A stretch of DNA of 55,106 nucleotides from an uncultured Gemmatimonadaceae bacterium (GCA_963822945.1 CAWGJO010000043.1:1-55106), one strand, 5' to 3'; numbered from the stretch's first letter, positions 32,961-42,459 are shown. A program made the numbers and translations. The notes: generated from the sequence alone by a model not told the origin.

Positions 32961-34370
32961 TCAATCGTGGATCAGCAGCGACGACCGGTCGACGATCCTT
33001 CCCCCCTGAACCACGACTTCGAGCGTTCGCGTATTGCGGATATCCGCCAGCGGATCGCCTCCCAGAATGAGGAGGTCCGCGCGCTTTCCCGGCTCCACCG
33101 TGCCGAAGGTGTCGGTGGCGTTGACCATCTCCGCGGCGCGACGCGTGGCCGACACCAGCGCCTCCATCGGCGTGAGGCCTGCCTCGACCATCAGTGCCAG
33201 TTCCTCGTGCATACTGTAGCCCGGAAAGACGAATGGGTTGCCCGTGTCGGACCCGCCCACGATCGGTACGCCGGCGTCGTACGCCGACTTGAGCGCCCCG
33301 AGCAGACCGCGGCGCCACGCCCAGTCATCCGCCGACGGGGGCGTCTTCGGCGCGAGCGGAGATGCGACGAGGCTCTGGATGACCCGCGCCTCCACCCCGC
33401 TCCGCAGGAACGGGTCCGTCAGGACCTGCGACGGCGCGCCCCAGGTTCCGGTCCAGATGAAGAGCGACAGCGTCGGGACGCAGTACATGCCCTCCTGCGC
33501 CATGACCGCGAGCAGCTTCGCGCTGGGAGGCCCGGGATCGGCGACGAGGTGCATGACCCCGCGCACGTGGTGTGCGACCGCCTCCTCCAGTTCGTCGAGC
33601 GAGGTGGCGTGCGCGAACACCGGAAGCCCGTGCCGCGTCGCTTCCGTCACCGCCGCCGAGACCAGCGCCGGCGGCATCTGCGGATGATCGTCGCCGAACG
33701 CCGTCGGTCCCGACTCGATGACGATCTTGATCCCGTCCATCTTCGCCGCCGCCAGTCGGGCGACCGTCCGGCGGACGTCGTCCGGCGTCCGGACGACCCA
33801 CACGCCACGCCGCGACCAATCGAAGGTGGCGGAGTCCGCTCCGTCCGGCAGATGCATGATCGTCCCGATGGGATGGCTGCCCGGTACCGTCAGCAAGCCG
33901 CCCGTCGCGTAGATCCGGGGCCCGGTCAGGCGCCCCTCGGCCCGCATCGCGCGCAGGCGAAGCACATCGTCGAGCCCGCCGCCCGTGGCCCCGACATTGA
34001 AGATCGTGGTCACGCCGTAGAAGAGGAATTGCCGCAGCACCCGGTCCACCGTGGCCGAGTCGAAGGGCAGGAGTCCGCCGGTGCCGAAGTGAACGTGCAT
34101 GTCGGCCAGACCGGGGATGACGAACTTGCCGGTGGCGTCGATCAGGCGAACGCCGTCGGGAACGACGGCCTCGTCGGCGTCCATCACTCGCGCGATCGTG
34201 CCGTCGCGGATGAGGATGGTCACGTTCGCCCGGGCCGCCGCCCCCGTGCCGTCGATGAGCGTGGCATGGGCGATCGCGAGGTTCCCGTCCTGGGCCAGAA
34301 CCGGCCGTACCTGAAGCATCGCCGTGATCGCTACAAGGACAGCCAGCGATCGAATCGTGTCGCGGGTCAT
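32961..34370 (-). CDS. Secreted amidohydrolase family protein
   Basis: PGLADMHVH, GSDTGN, GKRADLLIL..DP. Confidence 0.85.
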   Translation of the reverse strand: MTRDTIRSLAVLVAITAMLQVRPVLAQDGNLAIAHATLIDGTGAAARANVTILIRDGTIARVMDADEAVVPDGVRLIDATGKFVIPGLADMHVHFGTGGLLPFDSATVDRVLRQFLFYGVTTIFNVGATGGGLDDVLRLRAMRAEGRLTGPRIYATGGLLTVPGSHPIGTIMHLPDGADSATFDWSRRGVWVVRTPDDVRRTVARLAAAKMDGIKIVIESGPTAFGDDHPQMPPALVSAAVTEATRHGLPVFAHATSLDELEEAVAHHVRGVMHLVADPGPPSAKLLAVMAQEGMYCVPTLSLFIWTGTWGAPSQVLTDPFLRSGVEARVIQSLVASPLAPKTPPSADDWAWRRGLLGALKSAYDAGVPIVGGSDTGNPFVFPGYSMHEELALMVEAGLTPMEALVSATRRAAEMVNATDTFGTVEPGKRADLLILGGDPLADIRNTRTLEVVVQGGRIVDRSSLLIHD

Positions 34371-34456
34371 GGGGGTGTCTCCGCGGTGATGTAATAAGGA
34401 ATGGAGCCACGCGAGCCGGCCGCGGCACCCGATCGTTCGACGCGGACTCTCTGCGC

Positions 34457-35905
34457 TCACCGTTCGATTCTCCGAACTCCCTGCGCGAAGTATCCGAGTG
34501 CCACCTCCATCGCGCGCCCGTCGACGGGCGTGAACGAAATCTCTCGCCATTCCGGCGCGCCCTCGGCGACGAATTCGCCCCCGCCCTGGAACGACAACGG
34601 CCGTCGGTCGAAGACCTCGGCAGAGTCCGCAGCGCCAGCCAATCGCATGATGAGGTCCACTCGCGGGCCGTCGGGCACGACGTCGAACCGAAAGGCGCCC
34701 GCGTCGTAGGTGCCCACGAACCGCGCCACCTCTTCCGGACGCAGGGGGCGGTCGCGAACCCGGGGTTCGTCGAGCCCGAGAAACAGGCGCGCGATCCGCG
34801 GCTCGAGCGCGGTGGCGACCTCGCTCGCCCCGTCGAGGTTCGCCAGGATGGCGATCGTGAGCGAATCGTCCGGATAGTGCGACAGCACCGCGTAGAAGCC
34901 GAGCACCCGTCCCGTGTGCACGATCCGGGGCCGGCCATCGAGCTTCGACAGGCCCAGCCCGAACCCATACGGCCACGAGCGGCCATCGTTCAACCGTGCA
35001 GGCGTGGTCATCCGCTGGTAACTCGACTTCGATACGACCCTGCCGCCCGCGAGCGCCTCGCTCCAGCGCGCCAAGTCCAGAGCGGTGGTCCATGCCGATC
35101 CCAGGTTGGGTTCCCACGCCACTTCGGGGCCATCGCTCGCCAGGCGGTACCCCCCGGCCACGTCTGGGTCGTCCGCCGACGGCCGGGGAGTCCAGGCAGC
35201 ATGGAACCGCTCCAGCCCTGCCGACTTCGCGACGTCGCCAATGGCCTCGTAGTACGTCTTGCCCGTCAACGAGGCGATGGCGTAGCAGAGCAGGTCGTAG
35301 TTGGGCTGGCTATATGAGAATCGTTCGCCCGGCGGAAAGTAGAGCGCTTTTCCGTAGAGCCCGCCAATGTCCTCCGCCGAGCTGAACCCCGCGCCGACGG
35401 CCGCATCCGGCACCGGACCCCACTGCCCGACATTCGGGCGCGCTGCGGCTGCGGCCCCATCCTCGCTCATCGTGCGCAGGCCCGAGATCTGGTGAAGCAT
35501 CTGCTCGATCCGGACCACGCGATTCCCCGTGTACAGACGGGGCAGAAACTTCGTGATCGGGTCGTCGAGCGAGAGCTTGCCCTGCTCGACCAGCCGCATC
35601 GTGGCGGCGGCGGTGAACTGCTTCTCGACTGAACCGATCGGAAACATCGTCCGCGGCGTGACCGGCGTCTGGCGATCCAGATCTGCCCAGCCGAACCCCC
35701 GAACCAACGCAACTCGCCCACCCTCGAGTACCGCCACCGATAGCCCGGGTATGTGGTGAGATACCCGGAAGCCATCCGCCTCGCGCTCGACGGCAGCCTG
35801 CACCTCGCGGTCGGCCGGCCGGCGGCCCGCCGCGGTGCAACTCGCACCTGCGACAAGCGCGACAAGCGACGTGATGCCGACCGCGGCGCACAGGCGGGGC
35901 TTCAT
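34457..35905 (-). CDS. Serine hydrolase (beta-lactamase family), probable lipoprotein
   Basis: SVEK, YSQ, HTG; hydrophobic signal ending AGASC. Confidence 0.8.
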   Translation of the reverse strand: MKPRLCAAVGITSLVALVAGASCTAAGRRPADREVQAAVEREADGFRVSHHIPGLSVAVLEGGRVALVRGFGWADLDRQTPVTPRTMFPIGSVEKQFTAAATMRLVEQGKLSLDDPITKFLPRLYTGNRVVRIEQMLHQISGLRTMSEDGAAAAARPNVGQWGPVPDAAVGAGFSSAEDIGGLYGKALYFPPGERFSYSQPNYDLLCYAIASLTGKTYYEAIGDVAKSAGLERFHAAWTPRPSADDPDVAGGYRLASDGPEVAWEPNLGSAWTTALDLARWSEALAGGRVVSKSSYQRMTTPARLNDGRSWPYGFGLGLSKLDGRPRIVHTGRVLGFYAVLSHYPDDSLTIAILANLDGASEVATALEPRIARLFLGLDEPRVRDRPLRPEEVARFVGTYDAGAFRFDVVPDGPRVDLIMRLAGAADSAEVFDRRPLSFQGGGEFVAEGAPEWREISFTPVDGRAMEVALGYFAQGVRRIER

Positions 35906-36061
35906 CTTGCCGCCGCTCCCGCGCGGATAGGGGTGAGGGATGGTGAGGGTCGTATCGGCGACCGCACGTTCTCCAGCGAGGCGCTCAACTTCGTCGCCGT
36001 CGGACGGGAAGAATGGGCGGAGCAGGAGCCGTTCGGTGGCCAGCCGGGGGATGTCTTTCAT
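35906..36061 (-). pseudogene. N-terminal fragment of a RimJ/RimL GNAT, in frame with the downstream hydrolase
   Basis: LATERLLLRPF..D...IPHPYP only. Confidence 0.65.
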
Positions 36062-36154
36062 GAACGTGAAACGATGGTGGTCACCTCGCGTCGCGATGCC
36101 CAGCTGCGGACTTTCATGAGCGTGGCGGCCGGTGAGCTCGACGGGTCGGCCGCG

Positions 36155-36562
36155 TCAAACCACGACCGTTGAAGAAATGGTGAACCGGAACCCGTCCGGG
36201 TCCCGGAGCCGGAAAGCACGAACACCATGCGGCATCGTCACCGGCTCGCTGTCCAGGGGCCAGTCGTGACTCCTGACCCGCTCGGCGAGTGCGTCTGCGC
36301 TCTGCCCGGTCGTGATCTGAAGTGAGAGCCCGGCCCCCTTGGCCCGATCCCACCCTTTGGCGCCGTTGTCCTGCGTGAGCAGAATGCGCACTGCTCCGGC
36401 CCGCAGCGACACCGCGATCAATCGACCCTCGCGTTCATGCCTCCGATCCTCTGTGAACCCCAGAACGTTCACATACCAGGTGGCGCTCTGCTCGAGGTCG
36501 CGCACCGTCAGTGAAGCTCCCAGGCTTTCGCCCTGCAACTGCGTATTGAGATTGGTGGACAC
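36155..36562 (-). CDS. VOC family protein
   Basis: LTVRDL..WY..VLGF, RDPDGF. Confidence 0.85.
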   Translation of the reverse strand: MSTNLNTQLQGESLGASLTVRDLEQSATWYVNVLGFTEDRRHEREGRLIAVSLRAGAVRILLTQDNGAKGWDRAKGAGLSLQITTGQSADALAERVRSHDWPLDSEPVTMPHGVRAFRLRDPDGFRFTISSTVVV

Positions 36563-36601
36563 AAAAAAGCCCTCACGTCCGAAGAGTTATGACGGGAGGG
36601 C
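36563..36601 (-). terminator. Intrinsic terminator-like hairpin abutting the VOC start codon
   Basis: GCCCTC-C-CGTC...GACG-T-GAGGGC followed by T6 and then GTG. Confidence 0.7.
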
Positions 36602-36625
36602 GGACAACGCGGGCTGCGTCTCCGT

Positions 36626-36670
36626 CTACCTGATCTGCTCCCGCCGGTCGAATCGAGGGATGGTTGCCAT
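36626..36670 (-). CDS. Putative leader peptide MATIPRFDRREQIR
   Basis: GGAGGT RBS, ATG..TAG, ending 24 nt before the hairpin. Confidence 0.55.
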   Translation of the reverse strand: MATIPRFDRREQIR

Positions 36671-36799
36671 GGGACCTCCATTTCAGAAGAACGCCGCCGC
36701 GATGCGCTCGTGCTTCTCCAAGCGCGCCGTACCGCGACACGGTATGACGCAAGGACAGCGGTGTCAAGAGGATCGGGCGGCTCGAGCGCGGTCAATGCC

Positions 36800-36925
36800 T
36801 CCGCGATATCAGGCGCTCGACTGTTCGATGCCGTCTCGAATCGCCGCTTCGAGAACCTCGAGATTGATGTTGCGCAGCGCCCTGAACTTGATGCAGTACC
36901 CCGTCACGCTCGCCTTGCCGAGTTC
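36800..36925 (-). pseudogene. 3' fragment of a DUF1801 paralog
   Basis: LGKASVTGYCIKFR..VLEAAIRDGIEQS, nearly identical to 38570-38672. Confidence 0.75.
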
Positions 36926-36937
36926 ACCGGCGCCGCA

Positions 36938-37471
36938 TCAGGCGGTACCCACCTCGTACTCGCTCTGCACGAGGCCGCCGCGGAAGGCCTTCGTGGCAAC
37001 GTGGCGAAGCGGCACGTCCCGCGGCAGCGCGCCGAACAGAGGGATGCCGCTCCCGATGAGGACGGGCACCCGGCTGATGATGAGACGCTGAATCAGGCCG
37101 GCGCGAAGGAAGCCCTGGATCGTGACGCCGCCGTCCACGTAGACGTGTTCGGCCCCCTCGGCCTCCAGCATGGCAACGATCCGGGCAGGTGGCCCGCCCG
37201 CCTGCGCGACTCGCCCGCCGCGGGCAGACGCGGCAGACAGGTCCAGCGGCTGGCTGCTCAGAATCACGACGCGCCGATCGCCGTACGGCCAGGAGTCGAA
37301 GCTCATCACGAACTCGAAAGTCTTTCGGCCGATAACGATCGTATCCACGGAAGAGATGAACTCCTCGTAGCCGTGGGCCTCGGATCCGGCTGCATCCAGG
37401 AAGTCGAGATCACCGTTGGCGCGGGCAAGAAAGCCATCCACGCTCACACCCACGAACACCGACGTCTTCAT
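36938..37471 (-). CDS. Dihydrofolate reductase family protein
   Basis: SVDGFLA, IGRKTFE, VDGG..IQ.FL, GSGIPLFG. Confidence 0.9.
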   Translation of the reverse strand: MKTSVFVGVSVDGFLARANGDLDFLDAAGSEAHGYEEFISSVDTIVIGRKTFEFVMSFDSWPYGDRRVVILSSQPLDLSAASARGGRVAQAGGPPARIVAMLEAEGAEHVYVDGGVTIQGFLRAGLIQRLIISRVPVLIGSGIPLFGALPRDVPLRHVATKAFRGGLVQSEYEVGTA

Positions 37472-37492
37472 CGCGCTTCCTCCCATGTCGGC

Positions 37493-37810
37493 CTACGCCG
37501 CGCCGTGCTGCTCCGGCCCGGCAACTTCGATCTCCCCTTCCCGCTCGGCCTTGAGTTCGCGGATCGCGCCCTCGAGGTCATCGCCAACGAGTCTGGCGTT
37601 GGGGCCGACCTCCTTCAACGACCGCGAGACCACCCATTTCGGCTGCTTCCGCCATGCCGCCCAAGGCTTTCCCGCTCCCTTCAGTCTCTCTCCCTCCTCC
37701 CCCTGCGCCTGCTCCACGAAGTGACGGAACAGCGTTGGGCCCGGCGCGAACCGCATGTGGTCGACGTACCCGTCGAGCGACTGATTCATTCCGAACACGA
37801 GCTTGGCCAT
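37493..37810 (-). pseudogene. DHFR-family remnant with internal and 3' deletions
   Basis: MAKLVFGMNQSLDGYVDH..KWVVSRSL..EIEVAGP; lacks the GR motif and the C-terminus. Confidence 0.7.
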
Positions 37811-37823
37811 ACACGCTTCCTCG

Positions 37824-38405
37824 TCAACGCCGCTCCAGAAACCCTCGGCCCTCGAATATCGCGGGCATCGCCTTCTCGATTCGCGCCGTCCGCGTCGCCG
37901 ACTGCTTGGCGGCTGCAAAGTGGTACAGGTAGCTCCGCTGCCGCCCCGGCGTCAGCGCCTCGAAGGCGCGCTTGAACCGCGGGTCCCTCCGGAACCGCTC
38001 GCGCAACTCCTCGGGCACCGGATAGTCCGAGGTCTTCTTCGGCTTCATCCGCCGCCCCGCCTTCTCGACGGCAATGGCCTCGCGCACGTAGGACTTGATG
38101 GTGGCGGCCCTGGCCGTGATCTCCTTCGCACTCGCGAACTTCATCACGCGCGCGGCGTGCACCTGGCCGAGTTGCACCAGCACGTGCTTGGGATCCCTGA
38201 GCAGGGCGCCCTGGAAGAATCCCAGGGCGAAGTACTCCTTGAAGCCCTGCATGATGACGACGTTCTTCCCGTCGATCGTGTAGGTGGGCTTCCCCCACTT
38301 GCGCTCCTCCTTCAGCGACAGGCCGGCGAGCACGCGCCGCATCGCCGCTATCTCCGCTTTCCACCGGTCTCGATACGCCATTTCCATACGAGTGCGACCC
38401 TCCAC
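37824..38405 (-). CDS. YdeI/OmpD-associated (DUF1801) family protein
   Basis: KWGKP.Y, FF.GALL.DP, FEALTPGRQRSY. Confidence 0.85.
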   Translation of the reverse strand: MEGRTRMEMAYRDRWKAEIAAMRRVLAGLSLKEERKWGKPTYTIDGKNVVIMQGFKEYFALGFFQGALLRDPKHVLVQLGQVHAARVMKFASAKEITARAATIKSYVREAIAVEKAGRRMKPKKTSDYPVPEELRERFRRDPRFKRAFEALTPGRQRSYLYHFAAAKQSATRTARIEKAMPAIFEGRGFLERR

Positions 38406-38557
38406 GATCGGCTGACACGAATCCTTATTCCTTGGCGTCGCGCCCTACCCCCTCCTCCACTCGCCGCGAGTTCCGCATGCAGTCGATCATGAGGCCGCCT
38501 GCCCGCAGCTGCAGTGCGCCTACATACACACCAGGCGAAGCGTGCCCGAACTCGACC

Positions 38558-38986
38558 TCAACCGCCGGACTGTTCAATCCCGTCTCGAATGGCCGCTTCG
38601 AGAACATCGATGTCGATGTTGCCGAGTGTCCTGAACTTGATGCAGTACCCCGTCACGCTCGCCTTGCCGAGTTGCTTGCCGTACGTCTCGGCCAGGTACT
38701 TCTTGTCCTCGAGCCCCATGATGTAGACGGAAATACCCGTGGTGTTTGCACTCATGCCGATCTGATAGAACACCCTGGTACTGCCATCGGCGTACTTCTT
38801 CGTCTGGGATCCATACCCGATGTTCGGGTTGGAGATCGTTCGACCGCGCTCGTCCTTGCCATCCAGGAACCACAGCCGGCAGTCCGGCATCAACCCTTGG
38901 ACGATGCCATGCAGCGCTTCCATGTCACTGCGCTTGCGCTCTGGTTGAGCGGCAATGTAGCCGGCGATCGCCTTGCGCACGTTCAT
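38558..38986 (-). CDS. DUF1801 domain protein
   Basis: NPNIGYG, IGMSANTTGISVY, GKASVTGYCIKF. Confidence 0.8.
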   Translation of the reverse strand: MNVRKAIAGYIAAQPERKRSDMEALHGIVQGLMPDCRLWFLDGKDERGRTISNPNIGYGSQTKKYADGSTRVFYQIGMSANTTGISVYIMGLEDKKYLAETYGKQLGKASVTGYCIKFRTLGNIDIDVLEAAIRDGIEQSGG

Positions 38987-39080
38987 TTCGCGCTCCGTAT
39001 CACGAATCAACGGAAAGTCGCGGCATTCCGAAACCTTGGCAATATGGCCCAAGAGCCTTGACGGATCTGCCCTGTCATTG

Positions 39081-39118
39081 TATATAACCTGAACTTTATA
39101 CAACCTATCGGTTATGTA
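39081..39118 (+). promoter_or_regulatory. Putative ArsR operator
   Basis: Imperfect palindrome ACAACC-TATC-GGTTAT over the start codon, preceded by a TATAACC half-site. Confidence 0.5.
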
Positions 39119-39470
39119 CTCTTCCGATCGCCTCGATCTGACCTTCGCCGCTCTGGCTGACCCCACCCGCCGCGCCATCCTGGCGCGTCTGGCGACCGGG
39201 GAGGCGACGGTGACGGACCTCGCCGCGCCGTTCGAGATGAGCCAGCCCGCCATTTCCAAGCATCTGAAAGTGCTGGAGCGCGCCGGCCTCATCTCGATGG
39301 ACGTCGACGCGCAACGGCGTCCACGCAAACTGGAACCGAAGGCCTTGGAGGAGGCCGTGGACTGGATCGAACGTTACCGCGAGATCTTCGAACGGAACTA
39401 CCAGCGCCTCGATGCGTTGCTCGCAGAACTCCAGGCCAAACCGTCCGGGCGCAGACGAACGAAGAAGTAG
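39114..39470 (+). CDS. ArsR/SmtB family regulator
   Basis: FAALADPTRRAIL, SQPAISKHLKVLE. Confidence 0.9.
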   Translation: MYSSDRLDLTFAALADPTRRAILARLATGEATVTDLAAPFEMSQPAISKHLKVLERAGLISMDVDAQRRPRKLEPKALEEAVDWIERYREIFERNYQRLDALLAELQAKPSGRRRTKK

Positions 39471-39549
39471 TGCGGACATGTCGGCGCGCTGTTCGCTCGA
39501 TCGTCCTCGGGGCGGCGCGCAATCACGATGCAGCACCAAGGAGAAGCCA

Positions 39550-40080
39550 ATGCCCAAGCCTGCAGAAGTCACGTTGCCGAGTGACCGCGAAGTTCGCGTC
39601 ACCCGTTCGTTCCATGCCCCCCGCCAATTGGTGTGGGAAGCGCATACCAAGCCCGAACTCGTGCGGAGATGGCAGTGCGGCTACGATGGCTGGGATATGC
39701 CGGTGTGCGACATGGATGTCCGCGTCGGCGGCAAGTACAGGTGGCAGTGGAGAAACCGCGAAGACGGCAAGCAGTTCGGCTTCTTCGGCACGTACACCGA
39801 AGTCGACGGCCCGTCGAAGCTGGTCCAGGAAGAATACTTCGACCCGGGCGATGTCGGCGGCCCGGACGGTATCGGGGGCGCCATGCCGGTCGGCGATCCC
39901 TGCATTGGCTCACTCGAGTTCAGTGAGCACAACGGCGTCACGACGCTCATCTGCAATTTGAGGTACGTGTCGAAGGAAGCGCGTGATGCCGCCGTCTCCA
40001 CCGGGATGACCGAGGGCATGGAGTATAGCTACGCCCGCCTCGACGATATGCTTGTCAGCCGCCAGTCCGACGCCACGTGA
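39550..40080 (+). CDS. SRPBCC/AHSA1 domain protein
   Basis: TRSFHAPRQLVWEA, DVRVGGKYR. Confidence 0.85.
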   Translation: MPKPAEVTLPSDREVRVTRSFHAPRQLVWEAHTKPELVRRWQCGYDGWDMPVCDMDVRVGGKYRWQWRNREDGKQFGFFGTYTEVDGPSKLVQEEYFDPGDVGGPDGIGGAMPVGDPCIGSLEFSEHNGVTTLICNLRYVSKEARDAAVSTGMTEGMEYSYARLDDMLVSRQSDAT

Positions 40081-40139
40081 GGACGAGATGCTCAGACGCG
40101 ATTTCGTGAAGACTGCCACAGCGAGCGCCGTGCTGACGG

Positions 40140-40193
40140 AGCGAGCAGAGCCCTGCTGAACCCCACGCCGGCAGCAGCGGCGCCTCGTTAACT
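40140..40193 (-). repeat. Collapsed attC-family copy (R''/L'' arm intact, centre deleted)
   Basis: cccacgccggcagcagcggcgcctcgttaac; HigA stop codon lies in R''. Confidence 0.7.
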
Positions 40194-40493
40194 GGCCGGG
40201 GCGAGAACGGCGACCTCGCTCTCCAGGAGCTTCCCCAGCAGATCTCGTTGCACCTCAAGGTCGAAGCGCGCCTGAAGATTCAGCCAGAAACGGTCGCTCG
40301 TCCCGAAATAGCGCGCCAACCGCAAGGCCGTATCGGCCGACACCGCGCGCTTCCCATGCACGATCTCGTTCACCCGGCGCGCCGGGACGCTGATGTCGTG
40401 AGCCAAGCGATACTGGGACAGCCCGAACGGCTCGAGGAAGTCGTGCAGGAGCACTCCCCCCGGGTGAATCGCAGCCAGTTTGCGCGTCGTCAT
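40188..40493 (-). CDS. higA: HigA family antitoxin
   Basis: IHPG..L..FL, RRVNEIVHGKRAVSADTALRLARYFGTS..FWLNLQ. Confidence 0.9.
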   Translation of the reverse strand: MTTRKLAAIHPGGVLLHDFLEPFGLSQYRLAHDISVPARRVNEIVHGKRAVSADTALRLARYFGTSDRFWLNLQARFDLEVQRDLLGKLLESEVAVLAPAS

Positions 40494-40700
40494 TCCTTCT
40501 CCTACTTGATAGTCGACGATCTCGACTTCGTACGCATTGCCCCCTTGCCGTCGGAAACAGATCCGCCATTGATCGTTGACACGGATACTGTGCTGGCCGG
40601 CTCGGTCCCCGTGCAGCTTCGCCAGGCGGTTTCCGGGCGGGACCCGCAAGTCGTCGAGCCGCTCTGCAGCGTCTACCGCAACGAACTGAGGCAGCGCGCT
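40494..40700 (-). pseudogene. higB: HigB/RelE toxin remnant (no N-terminus, stop lost)
   Basis: DLRVPPGNRL..L.GDRAGQHSIRVNDQWRICF..VEIVDY. Confidence 0.8.
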
Positions 40701-40766
40701 CTGCTGAGATCGTAGGGCGCATCGATATTCGCCGCCCCCTTGCCATGCCGGAACGCTTTGCGTTAG

Positions 40767-40790
40767 ATACTGAACCGTATGGTTCAGCAT
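40767..40790. promoter_or_regulatory. Putative ArsR operator palindrome
   Basis: CTGAACC-GTAT-GGTTCAG overlapping the ATG. Confidence 0.6.
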
Positions 40791-41144
40791 TTGACGACCC
40801 GACTTGATACCTCGTTCGCCGCGCTCTCGGACGCCACGCGGCGCGGCGTGCTGGAGCAGCTCGGACGAGCCGACGCTTCGATCACGGACCTGGCCGAGAC
40901 GTTCCACATGACGCTCACGGGCATGAAGAAGCACGTCGGCGTCCTGGAGCGGGCGGGGTTCGTCACCACGAGGAAGATCGGGCGCGTGCGGACGTGCCGA
41001 CTGGGCCCGCGCCAAGTGGAGGAGGAGACGGCGTGGCTCGAGCGGTACCGCCGGCGCTGGGACGAACGCTTCGACGAGTTGGACAAGGTGGTCAGGGAAC
41101 TGACACTCAAGGAGAAGAGCGATGAACGCAGGAAGCGAAGGTAA
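40779..41144 (+). CDS. ArsR family regulator
   Basis: FAALSDATRRGVL, KKHVGVLE. Confidence 0.85.
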   Translation: MVQHLTTRLDTSFAALSDATRRGVLEQLGRADASITDLAETFHMTLTGMKKHVGVLERAGFVTTRKIGRVRTCRLGPRQVEEETAWLERYRRRWDERFDELDKVVRELTLKEKSDERRKRR

Positions 41145-41637
41145 GCCCGGCCCCGCGAAGAACCGCACCACGGTGGAGCGGACGTCGGACCGCGAGGTGG
41201 TCGTCACGCGGACCATCAACGGCCCGGCGCGCATCGTGTTCGAGGCCTTTACCAAGGCCGACCTGTTCACACGTTGGTGGGTGCCCAAGTCGATTCCCAT
41301 GACCCTGCTGTCCTGCGAGATCGACGCGCGTGTCGGGGGCAAGTACCGCCTGGTATTCGACCACGACCCCGAGCCTGTTGCGTTCTTCGGCACGTACGTC
41401 GAGGTGCAGCCCTACTCGCGTCTCGCGTGGACCAATGAAGAAGGCGGCGAGGGCGTGCCGGTCACCACGGTGACGTTCGAGGAACAGGGCGGGAAGACGC
41501 TGGTGGTCCTGCGCGAGACCCATCCGTCAAAGGAATCCCTGGACGAGGCCGGCACGGGAGCGGCCGAGGCGATGATCGAGACCTTCGATCAGTTGGAAGA
41601 GCTGCTCGTGGCGCTGGGTGAGAGCTCGGGAGGGTAA
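41122..41637 (+). CDS. SRPBCC/AHSA1 domain protein
   Basis: TRTINGPARIVFEA, DARVGGKYR. Confidence 0.85.
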   Translation: MNAGSEGKPGPAKNRTTVERTSDREVVVTRTINGPARIVFEAFTKADLFTRWWVPKSIPMTLLSCEIDARVGGKYRLVFDHDPEPVAFFGTYVEVQPYSRLAWTNEEGGEGVPVTTVTFEEQGGKTLVVLRETHPSKESLDEAGTGAAEAMIETFDQLEELLVALGESSGG

Positions 41638-41681
41638 CCGCGAGATTGCAGGCGCCCGTCGCGCTTCCGCACCCGCACCCC

Positions 41682-42089
41682 TCACTTCTTCGCTGTCAGC
41701 CGTGCCTCGGGGACCGTCGGCTCGAACAACTCGATCGGGTTGCCCGACGGATCTTCGACGAGGATCTGCTTTCCGCCGACACCGGTCACGATTTCGTTGC
41801 GGAAGTGGGCGCCGGCCTTCCGCAACCGGTCGACGGTGGCGCCGAGATCCTCGACTTCAATGGCAAAGCGATTCCACCCTCCGGGCTCGGGCTTCCGGCC
41901 ATCCGGCATGGCCTGACCGCCCCCGCCCATCGGGTTGGGAGCACTGAGCACGAGTCGGAGGTCGCCCCGGGACAGCATGGCAAACGGGGGAGCCGGATGC
42001 ATGTCGAGCGTGAAGCCGAGCTGCTCCGTGTAGAATCCGATCGCTGCGTCCACGTCGTGGACGATGTAGCGGACCTGGACCGTGGTCAT
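41682..42089 (-). CDS. VOC family protein
   Basis: VRYIVHDV, GGWNRF, EDPSGNPIELF. Confidence 0.9.
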   Translation of the reverse strand: MTTVQVRYIVHDVDAAIGFYTEQLGFTLDMHPAPPFAMLSRGDLRLVLSAPNPMGGGGQAMPDGRKPEPGGWNRFAIEVEDLGATVDRLRKAGAHFRNEIVTGVGGKQILVEDPSGNPIELFEPTVPEARLTAKK

Positions 42090-42118
42090 GATGGTGTCCT
42101 CCCTTGGCTCTGTGGCAT

Positions 42119-42385
42119 TCACCGCCCGTGCTTCCTTGCTGCCCGCTGCCGCTCGCGTTGCTTGGCCAACGTCACCTTGAGATAGCGCCGATACCCATCG
42201 GGGCTCATCCAACCGCTCGGGCACTCGACCCGCGACAGCTCGCTCCCGCGGAGGCGGAGGAACTGGTGCGTCTTGCTCGTCCGGCGCTGGACCCGAACGC
42301 GGTACTGGCCCGTCTCCACGGCCCGGATGCGCCCAATGCGCCCGTCCGGCACCCGCACACAGTCTCCGACGGTGAAGCGATGCAT
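42119..42385 (-). CDS. Small basic hypothetical protein (KOW/SH3-like N-terminus)
   Basis: FTVGDCVRVPDGRIGRI. Confidence 0.55.
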   Translation of the reverse strand: MHRFTVGDCVRVPDGRIGRIRAVETGQYRVRVQRRTSKTHQFLRLRGSELSRVECPSGWMSPDGYRRYLKVTLAKQRERQRAARKHGR

Positions 42386-42459
42386 ATCGGTCCGATCTCG
42401 CGATGGAGGGGTGTCGTCACCCGGCGCCTCGTCAGGACGCCGGCTCACGGAAGCAGGCG

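Noticed and set aside
29865..35905. Serine hydrolases as true beta-lactamases, and DHFR-like genes as dfr resistance genes
   Set aside because: Motifs support only the broad families (SxxK hydrolase; RibD-C/DHFR-like), not resistance function.
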